A DNA stretch of 64,000 bases from Monocercomonoides exilis PA203 (taxonomy: Eukaryota > Protista > Preaxostyla), in NCBI GenBank assembly GCA_001643675.2, contig LSRY02000034.1:248001-312000 (forward strand), in the 5' to 3' direction. Shown in pieces: positions 17,517 to 29,968 of the stretch. The stretch's first letter is position 1. Each line of letters begins with the position of its first letter. Made by a program: the position numbers and the translations under genes. The notes beneath the pieces are model-generated. The model saw nothing but the letters and a program-made list of their open reading frames with translations. It made no database searches and had not been told where the DNA came from.

Positions 17517-19462
17517 TTAAACATTGACATAATAATCAGAAACATACAATGATAACATATTATAAGAATATTTTCCAATCAGTAGATTAAACGTTACACG
17601 AAGACTTATAACACAATCTTCATATCCCTCTTCTTCCATTTTTTCGAGCATCTCAATTTTCGTTGTCTTTCGTTTTGCTTCTTCAATATCTCTATCCATC
17701 TTTTCTTTCAATCTTTTCGAAATATCTGAAAAGAACATTAGACTTTTCCACAATTTTTCATCCTCCAATGTTGGTTGCTGAAGATTCTCCAAAAAGAAAT
17801 CGAAAACACCTCCTTTCAATAAATAACCAACGCATTCAGTTGCACAAAGTGCCATTCCATTAAAAAAGGAAAAGCATCTTTCATATAATTTTTGCTCATT
17901 CTCTCTTGCAACTCTGAACAACGTGACAAGATAACGAATCAGTCCAATTTGTTCTTCATTCCACAAACCGTATATAAAAAAGATATCTGAAAATACATAG
18001 AACCACCGTTTAATAATACAGTCATCTTTCATTTCTGTTCTTCTCTTTTGAGTCTTTTCTTCTTTCCCAATCCATTCAACACATCCTGCCAGCCCATCCA
18101 ATTCTCTTTTAACCTCTCTTGCAAAATACAATTCGTTCACAATAACTTTTTCCAAAGATCGATTGTTGTGCAATCTTGCAACCAAAAATTGCCAAGCGGA
18201 CTGATATGCAAGGGGAGAAAGATTTCGATTCTCCTGGTGATATTTGATTATTTCATTGATCTCATTCAAATACAATTTTTCTTGCATTCTCTTTTTGTTT
18301 GAAAAAATGAGAAGGAAATCATTTACGTTCAAAATGAAATTGAAATCATCAAACTTCACTTCCCCCAATTTGGCTCAATGCGAGCAAAGCCATTTCCACT
18401 TCATTTTGTGTTTCCTTGCTTTCTTCTTTGTTTAATGCAACTTTCAGAAGACAAGACACGCATATTGAAAGCAATTCCGATGAGACCCGGTTGCTTTGCA
18501 AAATATAGCATTCACAAAGATCAACAAGAAGGTTTTCATCTCTTTCCTCTTTTTTCTTCTTTTCTTCAAAAATCATCCTTCCAAATCTTTTATTCAAAAA
18601 AGAATTTTCGAACCCATCAACCCATGGATTCTTCAATATTTTCCAATATCCAACATGCCGTATTAACAAACATGCTTTTTCAATGGAAAATTTTTTTCTT
18701 TTAATCATTTTCCCCATTCTGTTGAATATTTCTTTTGAAAAAATAGAAGATAATTCATCTTTATTCATTTTGTTAATTAGTTCATTCATTTCAAGAATAT
18801 TCTGTTTCTGTTCATCCTTTTTGCAATGTTCAAGTTCAGAAAACAATTCTTTTATAATTTTTATTTTCAAAAAAAGAAAGAGCCATTCAAAACAGAAGAG
18901 ATGAAAATAAACCCAAAATCTTGGTAAAAGGAGATTATAGGGGAACACGAAATTTTCAAATTTTTTATTATAAACGGACATAAAATAGTATAAGAATCAT
19001 TTATTAATTAATTGAAATTTGAGATCATCAATCACAAAAATTTCTTATTTTCAATCAAAACATTTTGATCTGACCCAGTATTTTTTTAATAATTTGGGTT
19101 AAAATCATAAAAAATCTCCACATTAAGAGATTAGTTTAGGTTCTAGGGTTAGCAAAACAAATATTGGGTTTAGGGTTTGTTCCCGTTCTTCTTTATAGGG
19201 TTAGCACTCAAAAAATAACATGATAATTTATTGATCTATCCCATAAATATTAAGAAACCTTGATTATTATTAATCAAACAATTTGATGATCTCAAATTTT
19301 TATTAATTAAAAAATGATTTATATACTATAAAGAATTCGTTAATAAAAAAAAAAAATATGAAAAATTCGTGTTCCCCTATAATATACATTTACCAAAATC
19401 TTATGCGCAGTGGGAGATTCTTGGATTCCATCCCCACCCACATCATCAGAGCCTGCTTTCAT
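17517..19462 (-). pseudogene. Orphan expanded-family gene, copy 3, with exon 1 interrupted by a MITE
   Basis: ATG at 19462 reads MKAGSDDVGGDGIQESPTAHKIL, then the insertion and an intron, then ELFSELEHC..., collinear with copy 1 (DVQESSLSEKFSKLFSLLEHC). Family motifs are in ORFs 18349-18981 and 17517-18368. Confidence 0.8.
18923..19394. mobile_element. MITE with ~110-bp imperfect TIRs and 8-bp TSD (Merlin-like signature)
   Basis: Starts ggtaaa...tataggggaacacgaa...aaatttgagatcatcaa and ends ttgatgatctcaaattt...ttcgtgttcccctata...tttacc. AAAATCTT is duplicated at 18915-18922 and 19395-19402. Confidence 0.85.
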
Positions 19463-22400
19463 TCAAATCGTAAAAATAGCATGATCAGTTTGCAATGAAA
19501 AGTGCTACAAAAAAATGAGAACTAAATGAAATCAAACGATGCGTTTGTATCGGAAAGCAAAGTGTTATCAGTGCTAACCTCATGTGCTTTTTGGGATGAA
19601 CTGGAAAAAAACTGTCCCATTGATCTATTTGCCTTAATTTTTATTATGTTTTTCTTTTTTTAAAAAAAAAAACCTGATTCCAGAACATCACAAAGTTTTT
19701 TAAAGAATAAATATGTTGTTAACGAAAAGAAACATCAAAAGTAATTTTGGGCGATGAAAATGAGGGATTAGTGTTCTAATTTATTCGAAGTTGAAAAATG
19801 AATTTTGAGACAGATTTGCATGTCAAAAAAATATAATAGATGAATTGTGAAATAAAAACAATTTCAAAATTATTGGGTTATTTCAAAATTACTCCAATAA
19901 TTTTGATATTGTCTATGGAAATTTCGAAATTTTTGGGGAATTTTGCATTAACTCAGGTAGTTATATTTTTTCTGTGAAAAAATATATAACGCATTCATAC
20001 GAAGTTTTTCAAAGCATTCTATCGAAAAATGCTCTATTGTTTTTTTATTAAAATTAGTTGAAAATACTAATAAAAGATATTTTTTTGTGATTTTTAAAGA
20101 TTATTCAAATAAAACCTTTTTCACAATTGTTTTTTGATAAACAATTGGGAAAAAATCACAATTAACGATATTCATTATTATTTCAGATATTTTTTTGAGA
20201 GATTTCTTCAGAAAAAGAGATTAAAAGAATGCAAATTAAAAAAAAGGTCTCATTGATGTATTTCAACAGCACAACATCTTTTCTTCAATTCCTCTAAGTT
20301 CTTGCTTCAATAAAAGAGCAATTTAATTTATGTTTGTCTTCAAACTTTTTGTTCAGCCTTTTCCCCTCGTTTTTCTTCATTTTTTTTTCTCATAATTTAT
20401 TTCTTTCAAAATATTCATCTCATTTTATTCTTCAAACAGAGTTATTCATCATCATCATAAGTTAAAGAAAAATCTCTTATATCCACAAGTCTTCCACATT
20501 CAGAGGCTCTTTGTTCTCGAAAAATTCATTTTCGTCGTATTTCTATCCATTGCGCATGTTGATTCCAAAATAAGTGATATAAATATTTGAAAAAAACACA
20601 TTCAGGCTCTAATATATTTGTCAGAAAATATTTGTCAAGCTTCCTCGCTGTTCTCCTCTGCATGGAATAAATTGTCCATTTTTTATAAATCGTCTGAATC
20701 ACGACTTTGGAAAGGATACAGATGATAACATCTTCACAACAAATAGAACAATAAAAAAATACATACATTGAAAATTCTTCATTTCCATCGAAAATATTGT
20801 TGCTCCACAGCATTCCAGCAATCAATATGAACAACCTCATCTTCCATCAAACAGATATTCTTTTGCAATACTCAACCCTTTCATTGTAATTAATTCACTT
20901 AGTCAATCTGTTTTTGTTTTAGCTTCAGAGTCTGACCCCGTTGACAGTTTCTGAGCGTTTGACATTGCTTGATCATTTTCCATAACGAATTGGTGCCACA
21001 ACAGAAAAGGGGCACAACTCGATGCACTGTGGCTGAATGGGCATATGAAGACAATGCGGTTGTAAAAGGATGGATTTTTGGAATGGGGTGATATAGTTGA
21101 GTTCTTGGAGAAGACAAGGTTTTGGAGTGGGAAAGAAACGATTAAAGGAAGATTTATTTTTGGAGGAGAGAGAAAGAGGTGTTTTTATGAGATTTAAGAT
21201 GCAAAATGGATATGTGGGAGATGGATTGGGACGAGATTGGAAGGGGTTATTTTTGAGATTTTTGTCATTGGGAAAGTGTGGAGGTCGTGTTTATTGTTGG
21301 AGAAAAGGAATTTGATGTTGAGGAGGTAGGGCGAGGAGGGGCAGAGGGGAAGACGATGGGTGGAGCGAATGGAATATATTACCTTTGGAGGAGAGGATAT
21401 AAGTGCGAAAGAAGGAGGGCAAGGGAAGAGATGGAAAATGGATTATTTTTTTTTCCAAAATCAGAAAGAGGGAGGAGGTGAATGAGGTGGAGCGAGAGGG
21501 AGAGTATTTGTGAATGCATGTGCAGTTTAAGAGGGAAGTGGGGTTGAAGAAGAAGAAAAATGAAAGAAAATTTCTCATTTTCTTTAATAATTTATTTTGT
21601 GATCCGTTTGGACGCGCCAGGCATTTGCAGGACAAGGATCGGAAATGGAGGTGGATGAAGACAGGAAGAAGGAGAATCAGGAGCAGAACTTTGCATTGGG
21701 GGTGTGGAGATAGAGGGGCCGCAGGGATGGAGCAAGGTGAGGGGATAACTGTGAGAGGGTGCGTTCCAAAGGCGACAAAAAAGAATGGAGATGTGTATTT
21801 TTTGGATGGGAGAATGGATGGATTGGGATGTGTGTGTGGTGATATAATGTTGTTGCTGAGAGGAATAGAGAGGAAGAAGAATACAATTTGCGAAAAGGGA
21901 TGGGAAGGGGTCTTTGGATGGAATCTTCTTCATTGCTAGTTTTTTCAGAATGGAGTTTGTGAAGTTATTTGAGAAGAAGCAGAAAAAGAAGTTATGCTTT
22001 GGCCGTTATTTTTTGAGGAAGCGGAAGGGAAGCGAAGATGAGACAGATGGAATTTATAGGCAGAAAGGAAATATTTTGGGGAGGAGAATGAAGTCGGTGA
22101 AGAATGATCATTATAACGGTGTGTATTTATATTTTTTTTAATTATGATTTTTTATATATTTTTTATTTATGAAATTAGGTTTTTTCACAGGACTGCTCAA
22201 TGGCAATGAATGAACAAGGAATATGTCAAGAGGGGATATTGGATGCATTAATAGAAATCAGGATATAATAAATGAAGGGAAGTAATGAGAAATGAGCTGG
22301 AAGAAATAATAAGGAAAAGAGAAGATGATATTTTTGTGAAGGTTTTGGAAGGCTCATAAGGCGAATCTTGTCAAAAGCCAAAGGAAAGAGATGAAAATGA

Positions 22401-23852
22401 TGATGAGGCCAAAGAAGATATGCAACAACGAAGAAGGAGGAGGAGTAACGAGATTTGCATAAATCTTTGGAAAGATTTTGTCAATCCCATCAGCTGAACA
22501 TTGCAGATATATAACCAAATTGAAACTGTATTTTTTCTTTCCTTTTTTGACATGTTTTCTACCAGGTGTCAAAATTTTTTCTCCATGAAGCATTCATGTC
22601 AATGCAAAACATCAATATTTGAAATGTTTTGACTATTGGCAATCATTTGTTTCAAAAAACATTTCTATAATCATGGAACACGCTGAATAATATTTTCATT
22701 TCTTGACGATTTAAACAAAATTACGAAAAATGATATATTTAATAAAATTTGTTGATGAATGTTTTGAAAATTTTTCACTATATGGGGCAATATATTTCAA
22801 TTCAGGCATTTTCATTGAAAAATTATGCATTTCCGATTAACTTTTTTATATCAAAAAGCACAATAAAAATGGGTCATTTTTTTGGCATTCGTGAAATGTT
22901 GGAAAACTTTGTGTTATGATATCAATAAAACCTGTTTGTAGATTTGAAAACCAAATTTATTTTTAAATATGACAATGCTAAATAATATTTTAAGTGAAAC
23001 GATTTTTTCATGCTTTGTACATAAAAAGCTTGAAAGTGCGAATTTTCCCCCATATGAAAAGCATGTTTGAGTTCAGACAAGTCGAATTTTTATAATCAAT
23101 CTGTTAATTGAGAAAGCTGTTGGAAATATCAATTTTGAAAAATATTATTTAGCACTGGATAATGTGGGAAATTTTTTTATAATTTGTCCAATAAAAAAGT
23201 TTTCGCACAAAAGAAAGACAGAAAAACATAATGAAACAGTTTACAACTATGCTATCATCATTCACACAGATTTTTATTATCGGTCGTATATTGTGCAATA
23301 ACCTATTTATGTCTCAGAATGATTTCATTGGAGTGAAATTTATCGAAACTTGCAATAATCATCTCTTTATCCAATCGAACCAATTTTCATTTTCATGAAT
23401 TTCAAGGGTTTCATCATTTACGATAAGAATTTTTTGCATTTTGATTGTAGAAACAAAAAAGACTAATTTTATTAAAAAATCAGAAAAACCTGATCCAAGA
23501 ATTCTTTTTTGAAATAAAAAATAATTGCATGTGGAAATGATAATTTCTCAAATTTCTGAAAAAATCGAATTCAGAAAACTTCTTTAATATTATATCATAT
23601 TCCAAATATTTCTTGTTACACGATTATTCTTTTTTAAATATAATTAATTTCTTGCAAAAAAAATCAGTTTTTCATATGAATAATCATTCATATTTGTCAT
23701 TTTAATATTTTGGCTTTCAATCAATCAATTAAGTATTACAAATTGATAAATTCTCAAAATAACACAATTTTCGAATGATTCAAAAAATATAAAAAAACAC
23801 AGAAAAAATTGATAACAAACATTAAACAATTATAAAAAAAAATAAAATAAAT

Positions 23853-24209
23853 TTAAGATATATATGGCATCATCCAACTTTTCGAATATGAAGAAGGAGG
23901 AGAAGTGAATGTTTGATCTCCTTCACATGTGGAGCACGTAGTTTGAGGAGCTATTGTCAAATTTCGAACAGAATCAGCTGTTTCTTCAATATTCGAAAAT
24001 ACTAATTCTTGAACGGAATTCATTTTTGATAGAGGTGATTCACAACGATCATTTGCTAATTTTGAAAATTCTTTTAATGGAAAAGCCGAAGGTTTGATTG
24101 TCAATGTAGAAATTTTTGTTGATAAATCTTCAATTATCTGAGTAGAGTTTCCACAATCACAACGAACAAAGTTATTGTGCTGCATAAAAATAAATACGAG
24201 AGTGTTCAC
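23853..24209 (-). CDS. Hypothetical small protein or terminal exon
   Basis: A 118-aa ORF with protein-like composition in a very AT-rich context. No family is recognised. Confidence 0.3.
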   Translation of the reverse strand: MNTLVFIFMQHNNFVRCDCGNSTQIIEDLSTKISTLTIKPSAFPLKEFSKLANDRCESPLSKMNSVQELVFSNIEETADSVRNLTIAPQTTCSTCEGDQTFTSPPSSYSKSWMMPYIS

Positions 24210-24736
24210 AATGTAGCAAATTTATCTCCAATCGATAAAATATCAAAAGCAGGAAAAAATCAACAGAACACAATTTCTTGTAAAAGATATTATGGGTCTC
24301 GAAAAATTTAATGAGGTTTCCGGAAAGTTCATTATTAGGAAATTATTGAAAACAATCGCTTTGCATTTGTTTCATGATCACACATATGAATATTAACTGT
24401 TTTTCTATATCATCAGCTTTTGAGCGAAAAAATCAAAAATCATTTTCTGAGAATTAGTGGGAAAAAGTTCATTTTGATGAATATTGCTCACGAGATTTGG
24501 TATATAAAAAAGCTTATGAATATTCCAAATATGTTTTTATATTATTAAAATTTTTCGAAATTTTATTTTTCTTTGTTAAAATGTTTTTGTGATTGTGCAT
24601 CATAAAAAAACCGACTTTCTCAATTTTTGTTCTGTTAAATATTTTGCTTTCTCAAATGTCGTTGGGTTTTCATGATCATTTCATTTTCTTTCGATTTTTT
24701 TATTTGAAAATATCCCATAAATTAAAAAATTTCTCA

Positions 24737-27700
24737 ATGCAAGAAGTTGAACCTTCAGAAACGAAGCACAAATATTATTTTACTCCTTTCACCGAAGAAC
24801 AGGAAAAAGTTCGCCAAGAAAATTACAGGAAGGCTATTCGTATTGAGAAAGAACGAAGAGCTCAATTTCAAATTGAAAAAGAAAAACGTAAACTTGAAAC
24901 AAAAGAGAAAGTTCAAAAACAAACTGAATTTTCTGAGGAAGTCAAGAGAAGGAGAGAAGAGGAACTTATAAGAAAGCAAATTACACAATTAGAAACGCTT
25001 ATTAAACAAGAGGAGCATGAATTGAAGGAAGAAGAAGAAGATTTAAAAATATTGGCAAAGCGCTTGCAAAAACAAAAAGAAAGCGAAAAGGAGAAAGAAG
25101 GTTCACAGAAAAATCAAAAGGGAGGTAAAAAGAAAAAAGAAAAAGTTGAATTAGATTCTGATCTTCAGAATTCTGAAAATCAGTTGCCTGAACAAATTGG
25201 TTCAGAAACAAAAACAAGCGATCAAATTGAAGAAAAGAAAGAATTCGAAAACTTCCCCTCGTTCTTTTCTATTCCAATGTTTTATTCGGGAACTGCGCCC
25301 GCGACATGGCAAAAAAGAATTAGAGACCGTCTGCGTTTTGATAATCTTTACCCAGAAGCAATGTGCTTTGAATACAAAGGAGAAGATTATGAGGAAGTGC
25401 GACGTAAGCGCATACAGGAAAAAATAGATCGAAAGATTGCAAAAGAAGAAAGAGCAAAACAAAAAGCAGCTGAGCGCGAACAACGGAAATTGGAGAGAGA
25501 GGCGAAAAGGGAAGAAAGAAAGAGGCAGAGAGAAGAGAAGAGAAAGGAAGAGGAAGAAAGAAGAATTCGGGAATTGAAAGAAAAAGAGGAGGAAGAGCGA
25601 AGGATTCAGGAAGAGCTCAGATTAAAAGCTGAAGAAGAAGAGAGAATTAGATTGGAGAATGAAAAAGGGAAGAAGAAAAAGAAGAAGAAGAAGAAGAAGC
25701 AGAGTGAAGAGGAGCAGCAGCCTGATGAAGAGAACGTCCGCAAAGAGGAAGGAGGAGAAGGTGCTGCAGCATCGAACGAGCAGCCACCAGAGCTATTGAA
25801 GAAAGAAGGGGAAGACGGAAAAGAGGAAGGAAAAGAAGGAGGAAAAGAAGGAGAAGCACTTGCTCAGAATGGAGAAAGCGGAAAACAAGAAGACAAAAGT
25901 GCAGCTGAAGGCGAGCGCGAAGCAGACGGTGTGGCAAAAGAAGGAGAAGGAAGCAGCAAAGAGGAAATGAAGGAAGAAGACGGAAAGCCAAGGGAAGAGA
26001 AAGGTTTGGATGCTGATTCAGAAGAAGAGGAAGAGGAAGAAGAGGAAGAAGAGGAGAAAGAGGAGAAAGAAGAGGAAGAGGAAGAGGAAGAATCAGAAGA
26101 AGACGAGCAGCTGAGAGACTTGCCGTCACAGCCTGTTGTGTTTGATCTGATAAAGGAGTTCTATTTGGAGTCAGCGGAGCTAAAGGCGCTGAGGAAGAGG
26201 CAGAGGAACAAGGAATGGAAGAAAGTGATGAAGCAGCACAGCAAAAAGAAGATGTCGATTGCAGAGAGGATGCTCAGCGACGACGAGGAGGAGACGGGCG
26301 AGACGGAAGAGGACGAAGATTCAGACAGCCTGGAAGGAGAAGGAGAAGGGGAAGATGAAGATGAAGATGAAGAGGAGGAAGAGGAGGAAGAAGGAGAAGA
26401 AGGAGAAGGAAAAGAGGTTGAAGAGGAAGATTATGACGATGAAGATGCTTATGGAACACACATGCGATCTGATGGTTATTCAGTGCGTTCAACAAGAATG
26501 ACAAGCTCAAAGGCTTCAAAAACACCAAAAACGCTAAAGACTCCCAAAAGCAATAGAAGCAAGTCAAAAGCCCCCGAAAAGCCACGCCCATTCAATCCGA
26601 ACGAGGCGCTGATCCATCTCAACCGCTCGCTTTCTCTGCCGTCGCTACCTCCACTCGTCAAAGCACGTGTGCCGCCACATCCACACGGATTATTCGCTCA
26701 GCAATCACAGCAACTTCAACAGCAACAACAGATTTCTTTGGAAGCGACCGGAGATTTGTCTCTTTCAGGCACTCTTCCTGCTGCTTCCCTTTCTGACACA
26801 TTGACATCATCATCGCAAGCCACAGGCACAGGTACAGGCACTGGCAGTGCTATTTCTCCGAGCGGAGCAGGAGCAGGAGCAGGAGCAGCTTTTCCACAGC
26901 CAAATCTGACAGCAACAGTTCTCTCTTCTTTGTCGTTCCCTCAGCCGTTCCCTGAAGACCCCTTCCTCGCAGCACAGCGCCTGGCTGCTCAATCATCACA
27001 AGCTTCTTCCTCTTCTTCCTCTTCTTCCTCTTCTTCTGCTTCCTCATCTCAGCATCAATTCCGCTCTCATGGGCAATCACCTTCTTTCTCATCATCATCA
27101 TCGTCTTCTTCTTCTCATCGCTCTGCGCCATCTTCTGGCAAGTCCACCCCCACCGCCAACAGAATGCGTCCTCTTCCGCTTTCTTCGCGGGACTCGCCTT
27201 CAACATCTGCATCTTCTTCATCGCCTTCTTCTACGTCTGCCTTTGGCGTTAATTCCTTGATTGGCAGTGAATCGAACTCTTCTTCGCTTCCAAGCTGGCT
27301 GCCGCTGATCCAAACACTTGTTCCTTCTCACATTCCAATCTCTTCTTCTTCCACATCTTCTCCTTCCACCTCTTTTCTCTCTCTTTCATCCTCCTCTTCC
27401 TCTTCCTCCTCATCTTCTTCCTCCTCCTCTTCCTCCTCTTCCTCTCCTCAAAGCTCCACCCGCAGTCTTGTTTCGAAGCTGTCTTTCTGTTCGTCTGTAG
27501 CACTTTGCTCTCATCACGCGCTGCTTCTCAATGAACTCTGCCGTTTTGGCTCTTCTTCTGCTCCTCATTCAGCAGCCCCGCTGCCAATCAGAGTGAACTG
27601 CTTCTGCTCTGATGAGGGTTCTTCTTTATCTTCTTCTTCTTCTTCTTCTTCAACTTCAGGTTCTTCCTCTTTGTCTACCATCAAGACTCAATCATCTTCC

Positions 27701-29968
27701 AACAATCACAGCACAATGGAAGATCCAGTGCTTACACCAACAGGCAACGATGACATGCAGTTTTCGGAGAAACCTTTCAGCTCTTTCAAAACAGACGATG
27801 CTGGAATTTCTCCGGGAGGAGACGAAGATTACAAAGAAGAAGAAATAAAAGAAGAAGAAAATGATTATGATGATGATGAAAGAAGAACAAGACAAGGGAA
27901 AGATAGTGGATCTGATATGATGATGCCTCAAATAACAACTCGCACCACACAGACGAATCAAACAGCGAATACTGACACAACTGAATTTTCATCGTCTTCT
28001 TATTCTTCTTATTCGTCTGCTTCTTCTTCTTCCGTTTCTTCTTCTTCTTCTTCTGATTCTGCTTCGGCTTCTGCTTCTTCTTCTGATTATTTATCATCAT
28101 CATCATCATCATCACCTTCATCTTCAGCTGCATCTCCTTCACAAAGTCAGAATTTGTCCACGTTAAATGGCACATCGGTTGCACCTTCAGAAGGAGAAGG
28201 AAGCGAAGGCAGCTATTTTACTGAGGCAACAGCAGAAAATGAAAGATCGTCACAAGATGCTACAGCAAATTCACAACAGAAGGAAGAAGAAAGAGGAGAA
28301 GGAGAAGAAGAATTTGACGAAAGAGAAGGAGAAGGAGAAGGAGAAGGAGAAGAGGAAGATGAAGCAGCCAAAGCAGCCGCAGAAGAAGAAGAGAAAAGGA
28401 GACTTCAGATGCAAAAAGCAAAGCACGCACAGAGGATTATCAAAGAGATGCTGAAGAGGCGGAAGAGAGGGAACGTGGTGTGCTCGCCAATGATCAGGTG
28501 TCTGGTTTCATTGACAGAGAAGCAAAGAATGATTGCGCAGGCAGCAATAGCAGAGAGAGAAGAAGAGGAGAAGAAGAGAAGAGAAGAAGAGAAGAGAGAA
28601 AGAGAGAAGGAGACGAAGCGGATTTTGTATTCGAACATGAGAAACGCCAAATTGGAGGAGAGGAACGGAACAAAACGCGATGCCAAGCCGAAAAACCAGG
28701 GGAACATGGTGTTTGGGAAAGGAAGCGCAGGAAAAAGAGTTGTGTCGCCGCATTTGATGAAGCCGCCGCAGTTTGCATCGGCTCAGACAAAAAGGAGCGG
28801 GAAGCAGGAGAACAACAGACTGAATGCGACAGCAGGAAGTGGGATGGGAGGTACAGGAGGAGCAGGAGGAACAGGAGGAGGAGTAAGTGGATCAGTTGGA
28901 TTTGGGGCAAAGGAAACGAGAGAGAACAGAAGGAATATGCAGATGAAGGAGAAAACAGCGGGGGAGAATGGAAGACAGGGGCAAGACAGAGAAAGAGAAA
29001 GAGAAAGTGAGTTTACGAAGTGGATGTTTGGGAAAGGGGCAGATTCGAATGAGTTTGACGAGGTTGACATGAGGATGAGAGGAAGCGATGGAGCAGCTGC
29101 AAGGAGCAATGCAATGAATGAAAGAGAAACAGGAATGAAAGAGGCAGAGAAGAACTATGCGGAAGAGCAGAATCATTTGACACATGATGGACAAGGCAAA
29201 GAAGGTGGGAATGGAGAAGATGAGGAATATGAGTGGGAATCAGAAGAAGAATATGAGGAAGAGGAGGAAGAAGTTGAAGAAGCAGAAGATGCTGATGCAC
29301 CACCGCAAGCGCTGATTGATGAAACGACAATGCAAAATAACAAAGCAGGAAGCAATAATTATCAAGAAAACGATAACTCCTCTTCTTCATTTGCTTCTTC
29401 TCCTTCTAATTCTGATGAAAATTCCAAGCAAAATGCAGAAACTCTTCCAAAAATACGAGAAACGAGCTTTCAGAGTGTGAGTGCAGATGCACAAGCTGAT
29501 TACAGGAATCCAGACACTTTGGATTTTGCCTCGAATTCTGACTCGAATTCAGCTTTTGAGCGGAATGAGACAAAGAATGAGAAGACTGCTTTGGATAAAA
29601 CGCAAAGAGATGAAAGAGAAGAAGTGACTGACAGCAACAAAGCGATGGGAGGGAATGAAGAAGTAGAGTTGGATGTGGATATAGAAGAGGAAGATGAAGA
29701 TGAAGAAGAAGAGGAGGAGGAAGAAGAGGAAGAAGAAGAGGAAGAGGAAGAAGAAGAGAAAGCGAAAGATAAAAGTGGATCGCCCTCGAAAAATGATAAT
29801 TCAAAAAACAAGCCAAATTCTGAGAACTTAAATGTCACTGCAAAATCTCAATTAGATGGAACGAATCACAAACACAGTGAGGAGGAGGAGGAGGAAGAGG
29901 AAGAAGAGGAAGAGGAAGAGGAAGAGGAAGAAGAAGAAGAGGAAGAAGAAGAACAGAATGCTGAGTAA
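24737..29968 (+). CDS. Large low-complexity protein (coiled-coil/ER-K, poly-E, poly-S tracts), unknown function
   Basis: Stop-free ORF of more than 5.2 kb. The likely start is MQEVEP at 24737, because the upstream extension has AT-rich intergenic composition. Confidence 0.85.
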   Translation: MQEVEPSETKHKYYFTPFTEEQEKVRQENYRKAIRIEKERRAQFQIEKEKRKLETKEKVQKQTEFSEEVKRRREEELIRKQITQLETLIKQEEHELKEEEEDLKILAKRLQKQKESEKEKEGSQKNQKGGKKKKEKVELDSDLQNSENQLPEQIGSETKTSDQIEEKKEFENFPSFFSIPMFYSGTAPATWQKRIRDRLRFDNLYPEAMCFEYKGEDYEEVRRKRIQEKIDRKIAKEERAKQKAAEREQRKLEREAKREERKRQREEKRKEEEERRIRELKEKEEEERRIQEELRLKAEEEERIRLENEKGKKKKKKKKKKQSEEEQQPDEENVRKEEGGEGAAASNEQPPELLKKEGEDGKEEGKEGGKEGEALAQNGESGKQEDKSAAEGEREADGVAKEGEGSSKEEMKEEDGKPREEKGLDADSEEEEEEEEEEEEKEEKEEEEEEEESEEDEQLRDLPSQPVVFDLIKEFYLESAELKALRKRQRNKEWKKVMKQHSKKKMSIAERMLSDDEEETGETEEDEDSDSLEGEGEGEDEDEDEEEEEEEEGEEGEGKEVEEEDYDDEDAYGTHMRSDGYSVRSTRMTSSKASKTPKTLKTPKSNRSKSKAPEKPRPFNPNEALIHLNRSLSLPSLPPLVKARVPPHPHGLFAQQSQQLQQQQQISLEATGDLSLSGTLPAASLSDTLTSSSQATGTGTGTGSAISPSGAGAGAGAAFPQPNLTATVLSSLSFPQPFPEDPFLAAQRLAAQSSQASSSSSSSSSSSASSSQHQFRSHGQSPSFSSSSSSSSSHRSAPSSGKSTPTANRMRPLPLSSRDSPSTSASSSSPSSTSAFGVNSLIGSESNSSSLPSWLPLIQTLVPSHIPISSSSTSSPSTSFLSLSSSSSSSSSSSSSSSSSSSSPQSSTRSLVSKLSFCSSVALCSHHALLLNELCRFGSSSAPHSAAPLPIRVNCFCSDEGSSLSSSSSSSSTSGSSSLSTIKTQSSSNNHSTMEDPVLTPTGNDDMQFSEKPFSSFKTDDAGISPGGDEDYKEEEIKEEENDYDDDERRTRQGKDSGSDMMMPQITTRTTQTNQTANTDTTEFSSSSYSSYSSASSSSVSSSSSSDSASASASSSDYLSSSSSSSPSSSAASPSQSQNLSTLNGTSVAPSEGEGSEGSYFTEATAENERSSQDATANSQQKEEERGEGEEEFDEREGEGEGEGEEEDEAAKAAAEEEEKRRLQMQKAKHAQRIIKEMLKRRKRGNVVCSPMIRCLVSLTEKQRMIAQAAIAEREEEEKKRREEEKREREKETKRILYSNMRNAKLEERNGTKRDAKPKNQGNMVFGKGSAGKRVVSPHLMKPPQFASAQTKRSGKQENNRLNATAGSGMGGTGGAGGTGGGVSGSVGFGAKETRENRRNMQMKEKTAGENGRQGQDRERERESEFTKWMFGKGADSNEFDEVDMRMRGSDGAAARSNAMNERETGMKEAEKNYAEEQNHLTHDGQGKEGGNGEDEEYEWESEEEYEEEEEEVEEAEDADAPPQALIDETTMQNNKAGSNNYQENDNSSSSFASSPSNSDENSKQNAETLPKIRETSFQSVSADAQADYRNPDTLDFASNSDSNSAFERNETKNEKTALDKTQRDEREEVTDSNKAMGGNEEVELDVDIEEEDEDEEEEEEEEEEEEEEEEEEEKAKDKSGSPSKNDNSKNKPNSENLNVTAKSQLDGTNHKHSEEEEEEEEEEEEEEEEEEEEEEEEEQNAE

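Noticed and set aside
20200-23500. Purine-skewed region and short ORFs as a gene or transposon
   Set aside because: There is no sustained frame, motif or terminal repeat that I could support. It is likely old pseudogenic sequence.
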